Assembly (NCBI GenBank): GCA_036149055.1
Contig: JAYZQJ010000033.1
Coordinates: 32,001-96,000 of the forward strand
Length of the DNA stretch: 64,000 nt
Direction of reading: 5' to 3'
From: Myxococcota bacterium
GTDB lineage: Bacteria > Myxococcota_A > Polyangia > Polyangiales > Sandaracinaceae
Part shown: positions 58,552 through 64,000 of the stretch, one piece after another
Layout: every line of letters starts with the position of its first letter
Position numbering within the stretch: position 1 is the first letter of the stretch
Notes under the pieces: model-generated
What the model saw: only the letters and a program-made list of their open reading frames with translations
The model's database searches: none
What the model was told of the DNA's origin: nothing
Made by a program: the position numbers and the translations under genes

Positions 58552-60205
58552 GGGCGGCCTCGTGCACGCCGCGCACCGCGCGCCCGCTGGGGTCGGCGTT
58601 CTCGGCGAACGCGGCGTCCCACGCGAGCGCCGCCTCGGTGCTGCAGGCGATGGACTTGCCGCCGGGCACCTGACGCGCCGCGTCCGGGTGATCGAAGAGC
58701 TCCTCGAAGATCATGCGGTACATGTACCCCTCTTTGGTCGACGGCGGGGCATGTTCGAAGCGGGCGGCGGCCTCCGCGAGCTCGGCGTCGCTCACCCGCG
58801 CCTCGGCCTCGGCCTTCAGCCCGTCGATCCAGCCGTAGCCGACGCCGTCGGAGAACTGCTCCTTCTGTCGCCAGAGCACCGACGCCGGGAGCAGGCCCGC
58901 GCACGCCTCGCGCAGGAGCTGCTTCTCCATCTTGCCGGGGCGCACCATCTTGGCCGCCGGGTCGGTGCGCATCGCGACCTCGAGGAAGGCGACGTCGAGG
59001 AAGGGCACGCGCGCCTCGACCCCCCAGGCGGCCATCGACTTGTTCGCGCGGAGGCAATCGTACTTGTGGAGCTGCGCGAGCTTGCGGACGGTCTCCTCGT
59101 GGAACGCGCGCGGGTCGGGCGCCTTGTGGAAGTAGAGGTAGCCGCCGAAGATCTCGTCGGCGCCCTCGCCGCTGAGCACCATCTTGATGCCCATCGCCTT
59201 GATCCGGCGCGCGAGCAGGTACATCGGCGTCGAGGCGCGGATGGTGGTGACGTCGAAGGTCTCGAGGTGCCAGATCACGTCGCGCAGGGCGTCCAGTCCC
59301 TCCGCGAAGGTGTAGGTCATGCCGTGATGCACGGTCCCGATCGCGTCGGCGGCCACCTGCGCCGCCTCGAGGTCGGGAGAGCCCTCGAGGCCGATCGCGA
59401 AGCTGTGGAGCCGCGGCCACCACGCCTCCTCGCGCTCGTCCGTCTCGACGCGACGGCGCGCGTGGCGCTGGGCGAGGGCCGCCACCACCGACGAGTCCAG
59501 GCCGCCCGAGAGCAGCACGCCGTAGGGCACGTCGGTCATCAGCTGGCGAGCCACCGCGTCCTCGAGCGCGCCGCGGATGCGCTCGCGGTTGACCGGCCCC
59601 CCGTCGACCACCGCGAAGTCGCGCCAGGTCGGGCGGTAGTAGGCCCGCGCGGCGCCGGTCGCGCTGTCGAGCACGTGGCCGGGCGGCAGCTCCTCGATCG
59701 ACACGCAGTCGGGCACGAGGGCCTTCATCTCCGAGGCGACGCGCAGCCGGCCCTCCCGGTCGCGGCCCGTGTAGAGCGGGATGACCCCGATGGGGTCGCG
59801 CGCGATCACGTAGCGGTCGCTGGGCTCGTCGTAGAGCACGAAGGCGAAGATGCCGTCGAGCTGGTGCACGAAGTCGGCGCCCTTGGCGCGGTAGAGCGCG
59901 AGGATCACCTCGCAGTCGGACTGCGTCCTCCAGGGGTAGGCGGCGTGGGCCTCCCGCACCGCGCGGTGCCCGTAGATCTCTCCGTTGACCGCGAGCACCG
60001 TCCCGCCGGGACCGAGGAGCGGTTGGCCTCCGCTGGCCGGGTCGACGATGGCCAATCGCTCGTGGGCGAGGATCGCCGATCCGCCGGCCCAGACGCCGCT
60101 CCAGTCCGGCCCCCGGTGCCTCATCGTCTTGCTCCGCTCGAGCGCCTCTGCGCGGAGCGTGGCCGGGTCGCCCCGGACCTCGAGCACGGCATAGATGGAG
60201 CACAT
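58544..60205 (-). CDS. asnB: Asparagine synthetase B (glutamine-hydrolysing)
   Basis: MCSI...RHRGPDWSG, AHERLAIVD, NGEIY, LLSGGLDSS, SGEGADEIFGGY, WRQKEQFSDGVG. Confidence 0.97.
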   Translation of the reverse strand: MCSIYAVLEVRGDPATLRAEALERSKTMRHRGPDWSGVWAGGSAILAHERLAIVDPASGGQPLLGPGGTVLAVNGEIYGHRAVREAHAAYPWRTQSDCEVILALYRAKGADFVHQLDGIFAFVLYDEPSDRYVIARDPIGVIPLYTGRDREGRLRVASEMKALVPDCVSIEELPPGHVLDSATGAARAYYRPTWRDFAVVDGGPVNRERIRGALEDAVARQLMTDVPYGVLLSGGLDSSVVAALAQRHARRRVETDEREEAWWPRLHSFAIGLEGSPDLEAAQVAADAIGTVHHGMTYTFAEGLDALRDVIWHLETFDVTTIRASTPMYLLARRIKAMGIKMVLSGEGADEIFGGYLYFHKAPDPRAFHEETVRKLAQLHKYDCLRANKSMAAWGVEARVPFLDVAFLEVAMRTDPAAKMVRPGKMEKQLLREACAGLLPASVLWRQKEQFSDGVGYGWIDGLKAEAEARVSDAELAEAAARFEHAPPSTKEGYMYRMIFEELFDHPDAARQVPGGKSIACSTEAALAWDAAFAENADPSGRAVRGVHEAARD

Positions 60206-60360
60206 TTCCTTTCCTCCCGTGTCGGGGAACGCCCCACGACGCAGCGCGTCAGAGACGCCCTTCAGAGTGAGAGGACTCACTGGTACTCCTGACGCGCCGC
60301 GTTGTCCAGACGCCCGAAACGTCCTGATTTGCGGGCCCTACGAAAATCGGCCGGGTGGCC

Positions 60361-60389
60361 TTGACACGCCGCGTCGTAGCGATCATCGT
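60361..60389 (+). promoter_or_regulatory. sigma70 promoter of the ilv leader
   Basis: TTGACA-N17-CATCGT, 7 nt upstream of GTG 60397. Confidence 0.6.
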
Positions 60390-60396
60390 CCTCGCC

Positions 60397-60591
60397 GTGA
60401 CGCAGCTCACGTCCCAGCCCACCGCTCAGACCGCGACCGCTTCGGCGGCCAGCGCGAGCGATCGCGGCACCGACGTGCTCCCGACCGACGCCCTCCTCCG
60501 GGGTGTCGGCCGCCTCTCCGTCGTCCTCGTACTCGTCGTCCTCCTCGCCCTCGTCGTCCTCATTACGGGCGGTGGGGCGCTCCTCGGATAG
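60397..60591 (+). CDS. ilv operon leader peptide (64 aa)
   Basis: Contains VVLVLVVLLALVVLI (14 of 15 codons Val/Leu/Ile) just before the attenuator hairpin upstream of ilvD. Confidence 0.75.
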   Translation: MTQLTSQPTAQTATASAASASDRGTDVLPTDALLRGVGRLSVVLVLVVLLALVVLITGGGALLG

Positions 60592-60613
60592 TCGACACGA
60601 CTTTCTTCGATGT

Positions 60614-60656
60614 GAGCCCCCGCCGCCGAGAGGCAGCGGGGGCTCTTCGCGTTTCT
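60614..60656 (+). terminator. Attenuator terminator hairpin
   Basis: GAGCCCCCGCCGCC-GAGA-GGCAGCGGGGGCTC followed by TTCGCGTTTCT. Confidence 0.8.
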
Positions 60657-60679
60657 GGACCCCAACCCACGCAAGCACC

Positions 60680-62470
60680 ATGACCCACGTACGACGCCGA
60701 TGGTTCGTCCCCGCCGACCGCTACCAGGTCCGGTCCACCGTCGCGACCGCGGCGGAGAGGAGGCCCCCGCGCCCGATCCCCTCGCCGCGCTCCGGCCGGA
60801 TCAAGCACGGGGTCGAGCGCGCGCCGCACCGGGCGCTGCTGCGGGCGACCGGCGTGAGAGACGACGACCTCGACCGGCCCTTCGTGGCCATTGTCAACTC
60901 CCACGCCGACATCGTGCCGGGTCACGCCCACCTCGCCGAGCTCGGCCGGACGGTGAAGGAGGCGGTGCGCGCCGCGGGCATGGTGCCCTTCGAGTTCCAC
61001 ACCATCGCGGTCGACGACGGGATCGCGATGGGCCACGAGGGCATGCGCTTCTCGCTGCCGAGCCGGGAGCTCATCGCCGACTCGGTCGAGACGATGATCC
61101 GCGCCCACTGCTTCGACGCGATGGTGTGCATCCCCAACTGCGACAAGATCGTGCCCGGGATGCTGATGGCGGCCGCGCGCCTCGACATCCCCACCGTCTT
61201 CGTCAGCGGCGGGCCGATGCCGGCCGGCAAGCTCCCGGACGGCACGGCGGTGGATCTGGCGAGCGTGTTCGAGGGGGTCGGCCAGCTCCGCGCCGGCAAG
61301 ATCGCGCTCCGGCAGCTCGACACCCTCGAGAAGAGCGCGTGCCCCGCCTGCGGCAGCTGCAGCGGGCTGTTCACCGCCAACAGCATGAACTGCCTGACCG
61401 AGGTGCTCGGCCTCTCGCTCCCGCTCTCGGGCACCATCCAGGCGCGCACGCCCGAGCGGGAGGCCCTCGCCCGGCGCGCGGCCGCGCGGGTCGCCGATCT
61501 CATCGAGCAGGACCTCACGGCGCGGCAGGTCCTCACCGACGCGGCGTTCGAGGACGCGTTCACCGTCGACGTCGCGCTCGGAGGCAGCACCAACACCGTG
61601 CTCCACCTCCTCGCCATCGCCCGGGAGGCGGGCGTCGACTTCCCGCTCGAGCGGGTCGACGCGATCAGCGCGCGCACGCCCTACCTCTGCAAGCTCAGCC
61701 CGGCCGGTCGGCATCACATGGAGGACCTGCACCGCGCGGGCGGCGTCCCGGCGGTGATGCGGGAGCTGGCGGACCTGCTGCACCTCGACCGCCCCACGGT
61801 CTCCGGCGAGACGATGGGCGACCTGGTCGGCCGGGCGGAGAACCGCGACCCCGAGGTGGTGCGCCCCCGCCGCGATCCCTGGTCCGAGACCGGCGGGCTC
61901 GCGCTCCTCTTCGGCAACCTCGCGCCCGAGGGAGCCGTGGTGAAGGTGGGCGCGGTCGACCCCGAGATGCGGCGCCACGAGGGGCCGGCCCGGGTCTTCG
62001 AGGGTCACGACGCCGCGGTCGCCGCCATCCGGGAGCGGCGCATCCACCCGGGCGACGTGGTGGTGATCCGCTACGAGGGCCCGGCCGGGGGCCCCGGCAT
62101 GCAGGAGATGCTCGAGCCCACCAGCGCGCTGACCGGCATGGGGCTCGGGGCCCAGGTGGCGCTGGTCACGGACGGCCGCTTCAGCGGCGCGACCCGCGGG
62201 GCGGCGATCGGCCACGTGAGCCCGGAGGCGGCGGCGCGCGGCCCGATCGCGGCGGTCCAGGAGGGAGACCGGATCGCGATCGACCTCGACGCCAAGCGCC
62301 TCGACGTGCGGCTGACCGACGCCGAGCTCGAGGCGCGCCTGGCCGCGCTGCCCCCGTTCCGCAGCCGGGTGAAGAGCCGCTGGCTCCGCCGCTACGCCCA
62401 CCTCGTGACCAGCGCCAGCACCGGCGCCGTCCTGAACGACCGCTTCGGAGGAGAAGATGATGACGGCTGA
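60680..62470 (+). CDS. ilvD: Dihydroxy-acid dehydratase
   Basis: APHRALLRATG, DDGIAMGHEGMRFSLPSRELIADSVE, NCDKIVPG, CSGLFTANSM, GPGMQEML, TDGRFSG. Confidence 0.97.
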   Translation: MTHVRRRWFVPADRYQVRSTVATAAERRPPRPIPSPRSGRIKHGVERAPHRALLRATGVRDDDLDRPFVAIVNSHADIVPGHAHLAELGRTVKEAVRAAGMVPFEFHTIAVDDGIAMGHEGMRFSLPSRELIADSVETMIRAHCFDAMVCIPNCDKIVPGMLMAAARLDIPTVFVSGGPMPAGKLPDGTAVDLASVFEGVGQLRAGKIALRQLDTLEKSACPACGSCSGLFTANSMNCLTEVLGLSLPLSGTIQARTPEREALARRAAARVADLIEQDLTARQVLTDAAFEDAFTVDVALGGSTNTVLHLLAIAREAGVDFPLERVDAISARTPYLCKLSPAGRHHMEDLHRAGGVPAVMRELADLLHLDRPTVSGETMGDLVGRAENRDPEVVRPRRDPWSETGGLALLFGNLAPEGAVVKVGAVDPEMRRHEGPARVFEGHDAAVAAIRERRIHPGDVVVIRYEGPAGGPGMQEMLEPTSALTGMGLGAQVALVTDGRFSGATRGAAIGHVSPEAAARGPIAAVQEGDRIAIDLDAKRLDVRLTDAELEARLAALPPFRSRVKSRWLRRYAHLVTSASTGAVLNDRFGGEDDDG

Positions 62471-64000
62471 GATCACGGGCGCGCGCGCGCTCTGGGAGGC
62501 GCTGGTCGCCGAGGGCGTCGACGTCGTCTTCGGCTACCCGGGGGGCGCCATCATGCCCACCTACGACGCGCTGCCGGGCTACCCGATCCGGCACGTGCTC
62601 TGCCGCCACGAGCAGAACGCCGCGCACATGGCCGACGGCTACGCGCGGGCCTCCGGGCGGGTCGGCGTCGCCATCGCGACCTCGGGCCCCGGGGCCACCA
62701 ACCTCGTGACCGGCATCGCCACCGCGATGCTCGACTCGAGCCCCATCGTCTGCATCACCGGGCAGGTCCCCTCGACCCTGATCGGCAGCGACGCGTTCCA
62801 GGAGACCGACATCACCGGGGTCACGCTCCCGATCACCAAGCACAACTACCTGGTCACCCGCGCGGAGGACGTCGCGCCGATCCTGCGCGAGGCCTTCTAC
62901 GTCGCCCGGAGCGGCCGGCCGGGCCCGGTGGTGGTCGACATCACCAAGGACGCGCAGCTCGGCCTCTGCCGCCCGGACCACGGCGCGCCGGTGCGGCTGC
63001 CCGGCTACCGGCCGCGGCGACGGGTGGAGGCGGCCGAGCTCGACGAGGCGGCGCGGCTCATCGACGCGGCCGAGCGGCCGCTCGTGTTCTGCGGGCACGG
63101 CGTGGTGAAGGCCGAGGCGACCGCGCTGCTGCGGGAGCTGGTCGACAAGGGCGACCTCCCGGTGGCCTGCACCCTGCTCGGGCTCGGCGGCTTCCCGGCG
63201 AGCGATCCGCGGCACCTCGGCATGATGGGCATGCACGGCGAGGCGTGGGTCAACGAGGCGGTGCAGCGCGCGGACCTGCTCGTCGCGCTCGGCATGCGCT
63301 TCGACGACCGGGTGACCGGCAACCTCGCCAGCTACGCCCGCGGCGCGAAGAAGATCCACGTCGAGCTCGATCCGGCCGAGGTCGGCAAGAACGTCGCGTG
63401 CGACGTCGCGATCGTCGGCGACGTGAAGGACGCCCTGCGCGGGCTGGTGCCCCGGATCGCGTGGCGGCGCCGCGAGGGCTGGCGCGCGGAGATCGCCGCG
63501 CTGCGCGAGGACGCCGAGGCCCACGACGTCCAGCGCCTCCCGGACGACGGCCGGCTGCTCGCCGCCCACGTGATGGCGGACCTGCACCGGCTGACCGGGG
63601 GCGAGGCCCTCGTGGTGACCGACGTGGGCCAGCACCAGATGTGGGAGGCGCAGTACTACCGCCACGAGGCGCCCCGCAGCCTGATCACCTCGGGCGGGCT
63701 CGGCACGATGGGGTTCGCGCTCCCGGCGGCGATCGGGGCGCGGTTCGCGCGGCCCGGCGACGAGATCTGGGTGATCGCGGGCGACGGCGGCTTCCAGATG
63801 AGCGCGGCCGAGCTCTCGACCTGCATGCAGGAGGGCGTGCAGGTGAACGTGGCCATCATCAACAACGGCTACCTCGGCATGGTCCGGCAGTGGCAGGACC
63901 TCTTCTACGAGAAGCGCTACGTGGCGACGCCGATCGTCAGCCCCGACTTCGTGAAGCTCGCCGAGGCCCACGGCCTGAGCGCGCGGCGGGTCACGCGGCG
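62457..64000 (+). CDS. ilvB: Acetolactate synthase large subunit, 3' end outside window
   Basis: Read directly from the DNA (absent from the ORF track): MMTAEITGARAL...VFGYPGGAIMP...RHEQ...TSGPGATN...DVGQHQMW...SGGLGTMG...GDGGFQM...NNGYLGMVRQWQ. Confidence 0.96.
   Translation, partial: MMTAEITGARALWEALVAEGVDVVFGYPGGAIMPTYDALPGYPIRHVLCRHEQNAAHMADGYARASGRVGVAIATSGPGATNLVTGIATAMLDSSPIVCITGQVPSTLIGSDAFQETDITGVTLPITKHNYLVTRAEDVAPILREAFYVARSGRPGPVVVDITKDAQLGLCRPDHGAPVRLPGYRPRRRVEAAELDEAARLIDAAERPLVFCGHGVVKAEATALLRELVDKGDLPVACTLLGLGGFPASDPRHLGMMGMHGEAWVNEAVQRADLLVALGMRFDDRVTGNLASYARGAKKIHVELDPAEVGKNVACDVAIVGDVKDALRGLVPRIAWRRREGWRAEIAALREDAEAHDVQRLPDDGRLLAAHVMADLHRLTGGEALVVTDVGQHQMWEAQYYRHEAPRSLITSGGLGTMGFALPAAIGARFARPGDEIWVIAGDGGFQMSAAELSTCMQEGVQVNVAIINNGYLGMVRQWQDLFYEKRYVATPIVSPDFVKLAEAHGLSARRVTR

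Noticed and set aside
60206..60290. Possible riboswitch upstream of asnB
   Set aside because: Only short hairpins are present, and I could not match a known aptamer consensus.

Overview
Very GC-rich bacterial DNA. Gene content suggests Myxococcota, probably Polyangia/Sandaracinaceae-like (inference from the Ser/Thr kinases, FHA-sigma54 activator, Cys-rich and Ig-repeat lipoproteins). All family assignments come from motif recognition by eye; no searches were run. Layout: (1) the 3' end of a PNGase F-like gene and a tRNA-Asp(GTC). The tRNA 3' end plus terminator is duplicated 6.8 kb downstream, delimiting an island with no visible integrase that carries immunity-like genes, an IS66 remnant and an FN3/lyase-like lipoprotein. 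(2) More accessory genes up to about 17 kb. (3) A CheX-PAS-GGDEF-EAL gene. (4) A signalling module of two paralogous receptor Ser/Thr kinases flanking an FHA-sigma54 activator, plus Cys-rich and Ig-repeat lipoproteins. Two near-identical sigma54 promoters in this module are each preceded by tandem 21-bp palindromes. (5) A repeat-rich intergenic region and a giant (~3170 aa) all-TPR protein. (6) PLD, rhomboid and secreted proteins. (7) A sulfur/inorganic-carbon cluster: a YeeE/YedE pair divergent from a rhodanese/zeta-carbonic-anhydrase-like fusion lipoprotein, a porin and SulP. (8) A CheB-CheR-PAS-HK-REC hybrid. (9) asnB-pheA divergent from ilvD-ilvB, which is preceded by a Val/Leu/Ile leader-peptide attenuator. 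The best novelty candidates are the rhodanese-CA cluster and the kinase/FHA-activator regulon.
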